Assembly: GCA_944389445.1 (NCBI GenBank)
Contig: CALXMJ010000293.1
Span: forward strand, 912-64,911
Reading direction: 5' to 3'
DNA length: 64,000 bases
Origin: an uncultured Victivallales bacterium
GTDB taxonomy: Bacteria > Verrucomicrobiota > Lentisphaeria > Victivallales > UBA1829
Of the stretch, positions 45,519 through 54,190 are shown one piece after another. Below the pieces are notes generated by a model that saw nothing but the letters and a program-made list of their open reading frames with translations, was not told the DNA's origin and did no database searches. Numbering within the stretch: position 1 is the first letter of the stretch; each line of letters starts with the position of its first letter. Position numbers and translations under genes: made by a program.

Positions 45519-47123
45519 TCAGTCAATATGGAAGCGGACTGTGAATACGGTTCCCTTGCCGGGTGTGCTCTTCAGTTCAATCGTTCCGCCGTGCGCTTTT
45601 ACGATGGAATGGACAAGAGCCAGGCCGAGTCCGTTGCCGGGGAGCGATCGGCTGGAGTCGCTGCGGAAAAAGCGTTCGAATACATGCGGCTGATCCTCCG
45701 GAAGAATTCCGCAGCCGGTATCGGCGACAATGATTTCGGCAAAGGCGTCCTTTTTCCGGAATCGGAGTTCGATTGTTCCGTGCGGGGGAGTGAATTTCAA
45801 GGCATTTTCCAGAAGATTCGCCGTCATGCGCTGGATTTTCAGCTTGTCTCCGTGGAAGATTGCTGAATCTTCTCCGGCAAGGAAACGGAAGTTGATTTCT
45901 TTTTCTTCCGCGAGAGGGAGCAGAAGTTCGTGTGCTTCGCGCAGGAGCGGGACCAGATCGAAGGTATCGTGCTTCAGGGTGTCGGGAGCCGAGTAAAGAC
46001 GTGAAATCTCAAGCATGGTGTTGATCATGTCGATCATGCGGGAACATTCTTCGGCGACAATGCAGCAGGTGTCGCGATAGGATTGTTCGGGTTTTCGTGC
46101 GCTCAGCGCGACTTCGACCGTTCCGGCAACCCGGGTCAGCGGGGTCCGCAGATCGTGGGCGATGTTGTCCGTGACCATGACAAGTTCGGCCATCAGTTTT
46201 TCCGTATTGGAATTCATCTGATTGAACATTCGCACCAGTTCCTCGACTTCCAGCCCTTCTCTGCCGACCGCCACGCGATGGCTGAAATTCCCCGCAAGGA
46301 TATGATGCGTTGCATCTGTGACACGTTCAATTCCAGCCAGAAGCCGGCGGGAAATGAACCAGCCGCAGAAGGCGGAAACTGCGAGAATCGCGGCAAACAC
46401 GGTCCAGAAAATCCAGGAGTAATCCTCCAGTTTCGACTCAAAAGGACGCAAATTCACCCCGATTTCCAGCACATCCCCGGAAAAAAAACAGATACGCAGA
46501 AAGCGGAATCCTTTCCAGGTCAGGAACTGAGCTCCGACTTTTGCAGGAAATTCCGCCTGGAAGCGCGAATCGGCATTCTCCAGCCCCGGAGGAATTTCTG
46601 TTTGAAGAAAGGTGGTTCCGTCGGGATTCAGAAAACGGAAATAGAGGTTGTCCTTGCCTGCCCGATAGATTTTCCGGTCGATCGTCTGGAAGATTTCCCT
46701 GCGGTTCCGGCTGGGCAGCAGCCGCCGACGCTGAAGCGCCCGTTCAGGAAAATACCTGATTTCATACAGCTGGTTTCCGCAGACCGTTACCATGAAATAC
46801 TGGTCCATGTTTTTCCCGGGACGGAACAGCATCAGGATCCGGTCGTCGGGATAAACCGCATTTATGCGTTCGCGCGCCTTTACGGGAAGGCTCTCTTCCG
46901 GAACCCGTCTCCCCACAGAGGAGGAGCGTCCCCAGAAATATTCGTAAACGACATCGTCCGCCATGGTGTTCAGCACGCCGTCGGCAATGGCAAGCATGTT
47001 CGTGTACATGAAGTAATAGACGATCAGGAATCCGGTTGCCGCAAAAAAGACTAAGAGCGCGGAAAACATCAGCGCCGCCTTGAATTTGAGTGTGCGGAAC
47101 AGAGGAAACTTATTCGAGAACAT
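45519..47123 (-). CDS. sensor histidine kinase (two TM, HAMP, HisKA, HATPase_c)
   Basis: H-box IAHDLRTPLT, N-box LENALKFTPPHG, G-boxes VADTGCGI and GNGLGLALV. The start overlaps the response-regulator stop by 14 nt. Confidence 0.9.
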   Translation of the reverse strand: MFSNKFPLFRTLKFKAALMFSALLVFFAATGFLIVYYFMYTNMLAIADGVLNTMADDVVYEYFWGRSSSVGRRVPEESLPVKARERINAVYPDDRILMLFRPGKNMDQYFMVTVCGNQLYEIRYFPERALQRRRLLPSRNRREIFQTIDRKIYRAGKDNLYFRFLNPDGTTFLQTEIPPGLENADSRFQAEFPAKVGAQFLTWKGFRFLRICFFSGDVLEIGVNLRPFESKLEDYSWIFWTVFAAILAVSAFCGWFISRRLLAGIERVTDATHHILAGNFSHRVAVGREGLEVEELVRMFNQMNSNTEKLMAELVMVTDNIAHDLRTPLTRVAGTVEVALSARKPEQSYRDTCCIVAEECSRMIDMINTMLEISRLYSAPDTLKHDTFDLVPLLREAHELLLPLAEEKEINFRFLAGEDSAIFHGDKLKIQRMTANLLENALKFTPPHGTIELRFRKKDAFAEIIVADTGCGILPEDQPHVFERFFRSDSSRSLPGNGLGLALVHSIVKAHGGTIELKSTPGKGTVFTVRFHID

Positions 47124-47778
47124 ATCCGACTCCGCGGATGGTGTGGATCAGTTCCCGTTCGAATGGTTTGTCGATCTTGTCGCGCAGACGGTACATCCGG
47201 GCCTCCACGATATTGCTCTGCGGGTCGAAATTGTATTCCCATACATGTTCCATGATCATGGTTTTGGAAACCACGCGTCCGGTGTTGCGCATCAGGTATT
47301 CCAGCAGGGCGAATTCGCGGGGCTGAAGGTCAATCCGGATGCCTGCGCGAGTCACTTTCCGGCTGAGAAGATCTATGGAGAGATCCGCCACCGTGAGCAC
47401 GGTCGGCTCTGAAAACGGCGCACTGCGGCGCAGCTGCGCCTGAATCCGTGCAAGAAGTTCCGTGAAGGAAAAAGGTTTGACCAGATAATCGTCTCCGCCT
47501 GCGCGCAGGCCGTGCACTTTGTCGTCCACGGAGCCTCGGGCGCTCAGTACGATCACGGGAATGCCGATCCGTGCCGCACGCATTTCCTCAATCACGGAAA
47601 TACCGTCCCGTTTCGGAAGCATGATATCTATCACGGCAAGATCGAATTGCTCGGTCTTCGCCTTGAATAGTCCTTCCTCTCCATCAGACGCATGACAGAT
47701 GGAAAATCCAGCCTGCTGAAGCCCCTGAAGAATGAAATCCGCCGTCAATTTGTCATCTTCCACCAACAGAATTCTCAT
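47110..47778 (-). CDS. OmpR/PhoB-type response regulator
   Basis: MRILLVEDD, LAVIDIMLP receiver aspartate, C-terminal winged helix ...LIHTIRGVGYVLE. The alternative ATG at 47793 adds 5 codons. Confidence 0.9.
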   Translation of the reverse strand: MRILLVEDDKLTADFILQGLQQAGFSICHASDGEEGLFKAKTEQFDLAVIDIMLPKRDGISVIEEMRAARIGIPVIVLSARGSVDDKVHGLRAGGDDYLVKPFSFTELLARIQAQLRRSAPFSEPTVLTVADLSIDLLSRKVTRAGIRIDLQPREFALLEYLMRNTGRVVSKTMIMEHVWEYNFDPQSNIVEARMYRLRDKIDKPFERELIHTIRGVGYVLE

Positions 47779-47840
47779 TGCACAAAACCTCATTGCGACA
47801 GTTAAGATATCATAATTATTCTAAAATTCAAACTTCAAAG

Positions 47841-47905
47841 CCGGAAACTTTGTTTCCGGAGTATAAAAAAACGGAGAGAGCGGGGAGCTTTTGCTGATTC
47901 CTCTC
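47841..47905 (-). terminator. terminator region downstream of clpA (two hairpins, T7 run)
   Basis: The minus strand reads AGAGAG...CTCTCTCCGTTTTTTT, then CCGGAAAC-aaa-GTTTCCGG (47841-47859). Confidence 0.5.
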
Positions 47906-47911
47906 TTGCGG

Positions 47912-50113
47912 TCAGCGAATCAGGAGACCTGAGGCATCGGCGGAAATTTTCACGGTGCCGCCGTTCTTCAGCTTGCCGAAGAGAATGTCATCGACGATTT
48001 TTGCCGTGATGGCATCGCGGATAAGGCGTTCCATCGGTCGTGCTCCGAGCTTTTCATTGAACCCGTTTTCGGCGAGCCAGTCGGTGGCTTTTTCATCCAC
48101 GGACAGTTTGACTTTTTTCTCGCGGAGAGCATCGCCGGCTTCCCGGAGGAATTTGCCGACAATCAGGCGGATCGACTCGCGGGAGAGCGGGTTGAAATGC
48201 ACGATTCCGTCGAGACGGTTCCGGAATTCGGGCGAAAAGTGTTTTTTTACCGCCGTATCGACACGGGAGGAGGTATCCGACGCGGGTGCGAATCCGATCG
48301 CATGTTCCGAGAGGGATTTTGCTCCGACATTCGAAGTCATGATGACGATTACATTGCGGAAATCCGCTTTGCGCCCGGAATTGTCCGTCATGGCGCCGTA
48401 GTCCATGATCTGGAGCATCAGGTCATAAATTTTCGCATGCGCCTTTTCCATTTCATCGAGGAGCAGGACGCAGTGGGGTTTGCGGAGAATCTGCTCCGTG
48501 AGCAGTCCTCCCTGCTCGAATCCGACGTATCCCGGCGAGGATCCGATCAGTTTTGAGATCGCATACTCTTCGGCGTATTCGCTCATGTCGAAACGAACCA
48601 GTTCGATTCCGAGCGACTCCGCCAGGCGCCGTGCAAGTTCGGTTTTCCCGACACCCGTCGGTCCCGCAAAAAGGAAAGAGCCCACCGGCTTGTTCCGGTT
48701 GCCGAGTCCGGCTCTGGAAATCTTGATCGCCTGGACGACCGCCCGGATGGCGTGGTCCTGTCCGATGACCGTGCGGCGGAGCGCTTCTTCCAGCGCCTTG
48801 AGCCGGGATGCGTCGTCGCCGGAAACCTGAGTCGGCGGCAGGCCGAACATTTCCACGGCCAGGGACTCCACGTAGTCCGATGTGATCCTTTTCTGAGGGG
48901 AGGGCAGCATGGAATTCGCCGCGCCGGCCTCATCCATCAGATCAATTGCCTTGTCGGGCATGAAGCGGTCGAAAATATGGCGGGACGCAAGTTCCACCGC
49001 CCGGTTCAGCGCTTTTTTCTCGTATTTGACGCCGTAATGTTTTTCATAGACGGGTGCGATTCCCTCCAGGATCTTCAGCGTGTCTTCCGGAGAGGGTTCC
49101 GGCACGTCGATTTTCAGGAAGCGGCGCGAAAACGCCTTGTCTTTCAGAATGTGATTGCGATACTCCTCATGCGTGGTTGCACCGATGCAGCGCAGGGAGC
49201 CGTTGTTCAGGGAAGGTTTGAGAATATTCGAAGCATCCAGCGATCCGGCACCGACCGATCCGGCGCCGATCACGGTATGGATTTCGTCGATGAACAGAAC
49301 GGCGTCCGGGATCTGCGAAAGCTCCTTGACGAGCTGTTTCAGACGTTCTTCGAATTGTCCGCGGAACTTTGTTCCGGCGGTCAGCGCCCCCATATCAAGG
49401 GCGAAAATTTTCATATTGCGGAATTTCGGAGGCACTTTTTTCTTCGCGATCCGGACGGCGAGTCCCTCCACGATCGCAGTTTTTCCGACACCCGGTTCTC
49501 CCGCCAGAAGCGGATTGTTCTTTTTCCGCCGGGAAAGCGTGCGCAGAATCGAATGGAGTTCCTTTTCGCGCCCTACAATGAAGTCGATTTTTCCCTCTTT
49601 CGCCATGCGATTGAGATCGACCGCATAAAGTTCCAGTGCGGAATTCTTTGCGAAATCCGGTTCATCCTCTCCCTCCTTCAGTTCCGGATGCGTGACATCC
49701 GTCACATAGTCGATCACTCCCTCATAGTAGATGTCCTGCTCGTGGAGCAAATAGACCGCGTACGACTGCTCTTCGGAAAACAGCGCCACCATGATATCAG
49801 AAATCTCAAGACAATCCCTGCCGGAGGAGAGCACCTGCTGTTCCGCATGGGAAAAAATCCGCATCACGGAAAGCGAGAAGGAGACTTCATCGACTTCCGT
49901 TTTTTCGACTCGTTCCTCGAAAAAGCGATTCAGTTCCCGGCGAATGTATTCCATATCGGCTCCGAGCACACGGAGCATCTCCGACATCGCAGGCACGCCG
50001 CAGAGATACAGAAGCACATGCTCCGGCAGCATGTATTCATGCGACATCTCTTTGGCAAGAGTCCGGAGCCCCTGCAGAAAATCGGCACATTCTCTGGAAA
50101 TGTTCATACTCAT
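47912..50113 (-). CDS. clpA: ATP-dependent Clp protease ATP-binding subunit ClpA
   Basis: Clp_N repeats. Two AAA+ modules with Walker A motifs GEPGVGKTAIVEGLA and FAGPTGVGKTELAR. Immediately downstream of clpS. Confidence 0.95.
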   Translation of the reverse strand: MSMNISRECADFLQGLRTLAKEMSHEYMLPEHVLLYLCGVPAMSEMLRVLGADMEYIRRELNRFFEERVEKTEVDEVSFSLSVMRIFSHAEQQVLSSGRDCLEISDIMVALFSEEQSYAVYLLHEQDIYYEGVIDYVTDVTHPELKEGEDEPDFAKNSALELYAVDLNRMAKEGKIDFIVGREKELHSILRTLSRRKKNNPLLAGEPGVGKTAIVEGLAVRIAKKKVPPKFRNMKIFALDMGALTAGTKFRGQFEERLKQLVKELSQIPDAVLFIDEIHTVIGAGSVGAGSLDASNILKPSLNNGSLRCIGATTHEEYRNHILKDKAFSRRFLKIDVPEPSPEDTLKILEGIAPVYEKHYGVKYEKKALNRAVELASRHIFDRFMPDKAIDLMDEAGAANSMLPSPQKRITSDYVESLAVEMFGLPPTQVSGDDASRLKALEEALRRTVIGQDHAIRAVVQAIKISRAGLGNRNKPVGSFLFAGPTGVGKTELARRLAESLGIELVRFDMSEYAEEYAISKLIGSSPGYVGFEQGGLLTEQILRKPHCVLLLDEMEKAHAKIYDLMLQIMDYGAMTDNSGRKADFRNVIVIMTSNVGAKSLSEHAIGFAPASDTSSRVDTAVKKHFSPEFRNRLDGIVHFNPLSRESIRLIVGKFLREAGDALREKKVKLSVDEKATDWLAENGFNEKLGARPMERLIRDAITAKIVDDILFGKLKNGGTVKISADASGLLIR

Positions 50114-50115
50114 GT

Positions 50116-50424
50116 TCAGTCTTCTTCCATGGTGCAGCGGAGCGGGTATCCGGCGTCGCCCGCCAGTTTGCTTACCTGCGCCACTTTTGTTTCCGCGATC
50201 TCATAGGTATATATTCCGCAAACGGCAGAGCCGTTGTTGTGCACGCTCAGCATGATGCTCTCCGCATCCCCCGGGCTCTTGTGAAAGACGTTTTTCAGAA
50301 CTGCCACCACAAAATCCATCGGCGTATAGTCATCATTTAAAAGAATCACCTTGAACATCGGGGGTTCCGCAAAAGAGACCATTGATTCGGAATCGTCTTC
50401 GTAGCGTTCCCTGGTTGCACCCAT
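50116..50424 (-). CDS. clpS: ATP-dependent Clp protease adaptor ClpS
   Basis: FKVILLNDDYTPMDFVVAVLKNVFHKS matches the ClpS core. Start moved to the ATG at 50424 (GGGAGA RBS). The 21 upstream track codons translate a duplicated terminator hairpin. Confidence 0.9.
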   Translation of the reverse strand: MGATRERYEDDSESMVSFAEPPMFKVILLNDDYTPMDFVVAVLKNVFHKSPGDAESIMLSVHNNGSAVCGIYTYEIAETKVAQVSKLAGDAGYPLRCTMEED

Positions 50425-50437
50425 CACACCATCTCCC

Positions 50438-50533
50438 GGTAAAATTAAGGACCGGAACCATTTCCGGTCCGGCTCTACTAATATCACGGGAAGGGCTCTT
50501 TTACAACGCGATTCGGAAAAATATCACTTGAAT
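50438..50533 (-). repeat. copy 1 of ~90-bp intergenic module (stop-codon context + spacer + hairpin + T-rich run)
   Basis: Aligns with 52690-52783 at roughly 80% identity. One block, ATATCACGGG, is identical 10/10, and the neighbouring blocks match 9/10. Hairpin GGACCGGAA-atgg-TTCCGGTCC followed by TTAATTTT on the minus strand (50441-50470). Confidence 0.8.
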
Positions 50534-50568
50534 TTCTTCCGGAATTTCCCGGCAGAGCGCTTCCGGAC

Positions 50569-52656
50569 TCAGCGGAAGCGTACTTCTGCTGCCGCGGCAG
50601 TCGTTCTGGAATCCGATCCGATTTCGATCCGCCAGCTTCCCGGCTGAAGACATTGCGATCCGTCCTCGAAGGTCAGAAGGAAGGAGTCCGGTTCCACCGC
50701 CAGCTCGACTTTCTGCGACTCCCCGGGCTGCAGAGCGATCCGTTTCACCGCCGCAAGCTGTTTCAACGGAGTCCGGGTCGGCGGACGGATTGCCGAAACA
50801 TAAAGCTGAACCACCGTTTCGCCTGCGCGTGTCCCGGTATTTCGGACAAGGAACTCCGCAGTTACTCCTTTCCCGACAGGGAGCTCTGCCGGAACGGCAA
50901 GTCCGCAATATTCAAACGACGTATAACTCAAGCCGAATCCGAAGGGATGCAGAACGTCTCCGTCGAAGAAGCGGTAGGTACGCCCCTGCATTGCATAGTC
51001 CTCAAACGGCGGCAGATCGTCCGCACTCCGGTAGAACGTTACGGGAAGATGCCCGGAAGGATTGACCTTTCCCGAAAGCACGTTTCCCAATGCCGTTCCG
51101 CCTTCCGCACCGGGATAGAAACATTGAATGACAGCATCTGCCAGTTCTTCGGGAAGCGCCAGCGCACTGCCGGAAACAGAAATCAGAATCACAGGTTTGC
51201 CGAGTGCGGCAATCTTTCCCAGCAGAAGTTTCTGAAGTCCGGGCAGTTCCAGATCGGTCTTGTCTCCGGCAAATTCGGAATTGAACGCGTCTCCGGCTTC
51301 GCCTTCGATCTGCGGATTCAGCCCCAGGCAGAGAATGGAGAGCTCCGCCCGTTCGGCGGCGCCGACCGCTTCGGCGATCCGGTCCTGTTCCTCGGCACAT
51401 CCCTCGGTTTTCGGTGAAACCGGCTCGCATCCGCGCGCATAGATCACACGGCATGTTCCGGGAGCTTCCGCCAGAATTCCTTCCAGAAGCGTCACGGTGC
51501 GGGTCGGCGTTCCGAAATAATTTCCCATGAGAACTTCCCGTGAGTCCGCATTCGGGCCGATCACCGCAACGGATTTGAGCTTGGAAAAGTCCAGCGGCAG
51601 AATTCCGTTCGCATTTTTGAGAAGGATAACGCTTCTGCGCGCCGCCTCCAGCGCCAGCGCCCGGTGTTCATCGCATTCGATGACGTCGCAGGACGGAGCT
51701 TCCGCTGGCGGATCGAAAAAGCCCAGACGGAACTTGAGGCGCAGCTGATTCCTGATCGCGCGGTCAAGTTCCGATTCCGGAATCAATCCCCGTTTCCATG
51801 CCTCCCGAACGCCCTCTTCCCAGTCGGTAATCACATCCACTCCGTTTTTGAGTTCTTCCGCGACTGCGGAAGGATAATCGGAGAAGCGTTTGTGTTCCCG
51901 CACCAGAGCTTCTCCCGCTCCGGCATCCGTGACGACGGCGCCGATGAATCCCCATTCCTTCCGCAGAATTCCATTCAGGAGTCCGGCATTCACGCTGCAC
52001 GGAGTCCCGTTCAGCGCATTGTAGGCGCTCATCACCGACTGCGCTCCCGCCTTGATGCAGGCATGAAACGCCGGCAGATAGGTCTCCCGGAGATCCTTTT
52101 CTGTGACACGGGAATTGAATTTCAGACGGTTCTTTTCCGGTCCGGAATGAGCTGCAAAATGTTTCGGAGCCGTCGCAGCTTTCAGATGATCCGGATCAGA
52201 CCCCTGAACTCCGCGCACGAAAGCCGCACCCATCCGTCCGGTGAGATACGGGCATTCCCCGTAGGTTTCCTGTCCTCTGCCCCAGCGTGGATCACGGAAG
52301 ATGTTCACGTTCGGCGACCAGTAGGTCAACCCCTTGTAGGTGCCGAAATCTCCGTGTTTGACGGAATCGGCATGGCGTGCGCGCCCCTCCAGGGCAATGA
52401 CCTCTCCCATCTTCCCGACCAGTTCGGGGGAAAAGGTCGCCGCCATGGCGATTGCCTGCGGGAAAACGGTTGCCGTACCGCTGCGCGCCAGTCCATGCAG
52501 TGCCTCGTTCCACCAGACATAGGGAGGAATGCCGAGTCGCGGCACGCCTTCATTGCGGTAATTGAGAAAACCGAGTTTTTCATCCACGGTCAATTCCGCC
52601 AGCAGGGCGTCGATTCGCTCTTCCAGCGGAACTTCCGGATTTCTGAATTTTTCCAT
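50569..52656 (-). CDS. glycoside hydrolase family 3 beta-glucosidase/beta-xylosidase, cytoplasmic
   Basis: N-terminal EERIDALLAELTVDEKLGFL and the GH3 nucleophile region WGFIGAVVTDAG. C-terminal Fn3-like domain. No signal peptide. AAGGAG RBS. Confidence 0.9.
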   Translation of the reverse strand: MEKFRNPEVPLEERIDALLAELTVDEKLGFLNYRNEGVPRLGIPPYVWWNEALHGLARSGTATVFPQAIAMAATFSPELVGKMGEVIALEGRARHADSVKHGDFGTYKGLTYWSPNVNIFRDPRWGRGQETYGECPYLTGRMGAAFVRGVQGSDPDHLKAATAPKHFAAHSGPEKNRLKFNSRVTEKDLRETYLPAFHACIKAGAQSVMSAYNALNGTPCSVNAGLLNGILRKEWGFIGAVVTDAGAGEALVREHKRFSDYPSAVAEELKNGVDVITDWEEGVREAWKRGLIPESELDRAIRNQLRLKFRLGFFDPPAEAPSCDVIECDEHRALALEAARRSVILLKNANGILPLDFSKLKSVAVIGPNADSREVLMGNYFGTPTRTVTLLEGILAEAPGTCRVIYARGCEPVSPKTEGCAEEQDRIAEAVGAAERAELSILCLGLNPQIEGEAGDAFNSEFAGDKTDLELPGLQKLLLGKIAALGKPVILISVSGSALALPEELADAVIQCFYPGAEGGTALGNVLSGKVNPSGHLPVTFYRSADDLPPFEDYAMQGRTYRFFDGDVLHPFGFGLSYTSFEYCGLAVPAELPVGKGVTAEFLVRNTGTRAGETVVQLYVSAIRPPTRTPLKQLAAVKRIALQPGESQKVELAVEPDSFLLTFEDGSQCLQPGSWRIEIGSDSRTTAAAAEVRFR

Positions 52657-52689
52657 ATTCCATCCTGCTCCTTATTCCGGACTTTATCA

Positions 52690-52783
52690 GCAAAAAAAGA
52701 GCCGGCACCGTTTCCGGCCCGGCTCTACCAATATCACGGGAAAGGCTTTTTTACAACAGAAAAACGGAAAAGATCACTTGAAA
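52690..52783 (-). repeat. copy 2 of ~90-bp intergenic module; contains the Rho-independent terminator of the NDK-like gene
   Basis: The minus strand reads AGAGCCGGGCCG-GAAA-CGGTGCCGGCTCT followed by TTTTTTT (52691-52726). The module starts within the last codons and the TGA of the NDK-like ORF. Confidence 0.8.
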
Positions 52784-53961
52784 TTTTTCAGGTAATCCTG
52801 AATGATCGCCGCCATGTTGTTGCGTTCGATCTTGATGACTTTCGATTCACGCTCGTAACTTTCCGGGGAATCGGAAGCATGAGCGGTATTGACCATGACA
52901 TCCTGACCGAATTCGCGGCGAATGGTGCCATCCGGAGCTTTGGTCGGATCGGTGGGGCCGAGAACCGTGCGGATTTTGGAAATGGCGTCGGACCCTTCGT
53001 AGATCAGGATCATGCACTTCACTTTGCCGGGAGCGTTCAGTTCCTCGGGAGGGCAGCTGTCGGGACGGACACCGGACATGAACTCGACGATCCGGTTGAA
53101 CTGATCGTCCGCAAATGCAAGCCCGACGGATTTTTCCAGCATGGCGTCGCATTCGTCTCCCATCACGATCTTGTACTGGTTTTCCAGGAGTTCCTTTGCC
53201 TTCTTTCCGATCACCGGTGCAAGTTTTTTGCGGAGCGCCTGCTTGACCGGTCCGTAGAATTCGAGCGCTTCGGCAACGGACATCTGATAGATTTTGCATC
53301 CGACGATCCGCAGACAGGTACGGCTGAACATGTCGATGATGTTGCCGGGTTTCATGCTCGGACGGCGCCAGTTGTCCGGCTTGATGATGACAAGCGTTCT
53401 CTCTCTGCCGTGTTCGTCCTCGTTGCGGACGATGTTGTCCACGATGTTGTCCTCATGCTCAATGAAGTCGGCGATGATTTTCAGGCGCTCAAGACATCCT
53501 TCCAGGTGGGGCGGAGTAAAGACCGCCGGTTCAAAGTAGAGCAGGGAGCCGTCGCGGTTGAAGACCAGATTGCAGTAGGTGTCGCGGATCGTATCGCCGT
53601 AAATATTTTCATGGCGGTTCTTGCTGCTGGGAAGCTGTCCGACTACATGATAAAGTTTTTCACAGGCGTTCTCTCCGCGGAAGAGCAGAAGCATCAGCCG
53701 TTCGCGTCGGCCGTCGTTCAGCGGAGAAAAATTATCCAGGACGTAATCGGAAAGGATTTTTGCCGCGAATTCGTCACGCGATCCTACACGCCGTTTCAAT
53801 GAATCCGCATACGCCTCGGCGAATGCCTTGTCCGGTGTAATCATTCTCGCTGCGACGAGCTCCAGATCCGTTCTCGACAACAGTCTCGCGATAATTCCCC
53901 CGGTACGCGATTTCTTCAACGAATACGGTGTGATCAGCACATAGGAAAGTTCCACTGCCAT
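52774..53961 (-). CDS. tandem nucleoside-diphosphate-kinase-like protein (degenerate N-terminal NDK fold + C-terminal NDK domain with insertion)
   Basis: The second half has RTLVIIKPD, IVEFMSG, GTIRREFG and NTAHASDSPES, which keeps the NDK catalytic His context N-x-x-H-x-SDS. The first half (SYVLITPYS...GDTIRDTY) lacks that His. Start placed at the ATG at 53961 (MAVELSY). Confidence 0.7.
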   Translation of the reverse strand: MAVELSYVLITPYSLKKSRTGGIIARLLSRTDLELVAARMITPDKAFAEAYADSLKRRVGSRDEFAAKILSDYVLDNFSPLNDGRRERLMLLLFRGENACEKLYHVVGQLPSSKNRHENIYGDTIRDTYCNLVFNRDGSLLYFEPAVFTPPHLEGCLERLKIIADFIEHEDNIVDNIVRNEDEHGRERTLVIIKPDNWRRPSMKPGNIIDMFSRTCLRIVGCKIYQMSVAEALEFYGPVKQALRKKLAPVIGKKAKELLENQYKIVMGDECDAMLEKSVGLAFADDQFNRIVEFMSGVRPDSCPPEELNAPGKVKCMILIYEGSDAISKIRTVLGPTDPTKAPDGTIRREFGQDVMVNTAHASDSPESYERESKVIKIERNNMAAIIQDYLKNFK

Positions 53962-54116
53962 GATTTTCTTTGCTCCCTCTTTCTTCTGTTTGCCCGTTCT
54001 CCTTTGCCTGCCGGTCCGTTTTTCAATTCGGAAAACAGCAGATAAATAAAATACCACCGATTTCTAATTTTATCAATCGCTTTCCATTTTTTTCCAACTA
54101 TATTTTTCAAGATTTC

Positions 54117-54145
54117 TTGACGGCCGGGCAATTTTGTGCTATACT
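54117..54145 (+). promoter_or_regulatory. sigma70-type promoter TTGACG-N17-TATACT with TG extended -10
   Basis: TTGACGgccgggcaattttgtgcTATACT, 46 nt upstream of the ATG at 54191. Confidence 0.6.
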
Positions 54146-54178
54146 TTCCTTAATTCAAGAGTTCTGCAATTAAGGAAA
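54145..54178 (+). promoter_or_regulatory. perfect 11-bp inverted repeat spanning the predicted transcription start and the SD-like AAGGAAA
   Basis: TTTCCTTAATT (54145-54155), 12 nt, AATTAAGGAAA (54168-54178). It could be an operator or a 5'-UTR hairpin. Confidence 0.4.
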
Positions 54179-54190
54179 CGGCGTGATACT

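Noticed and set aside
50425-50487. 21-codon N-terminal extension of clpS (MILVEPDRKWFRSLILPGDGV).
   Set aside because: It is the translation of the duplicated terminator hairpin module. A GGGAGA RBS precedes the internal ATG at 50424, which gives a normal-length ClpS.
50473-50505. TTGTAA-N17-TATTAG promoter-like string inside the repeat module, also present in copy 2 at about 52727-52760.
   Set aside because: A transcript from it would start at the foot of the hairpin and terminate within ~35 nt. It cannot be distinguished from chance without 5'-end data, so it is kept only as an alternative inside the repeat finding.
48752-53802. Long plus-strand ORFs 48752..50206 (484 aa) and 51664..53802 (712 aa).
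   Set aside because: They are antisense shadows of clpA/clpS and of the GH3 and NDK-like genes, whose minus-strand products carry clear family motifs. The plus-strand translations have no motifs and are of low complexity.
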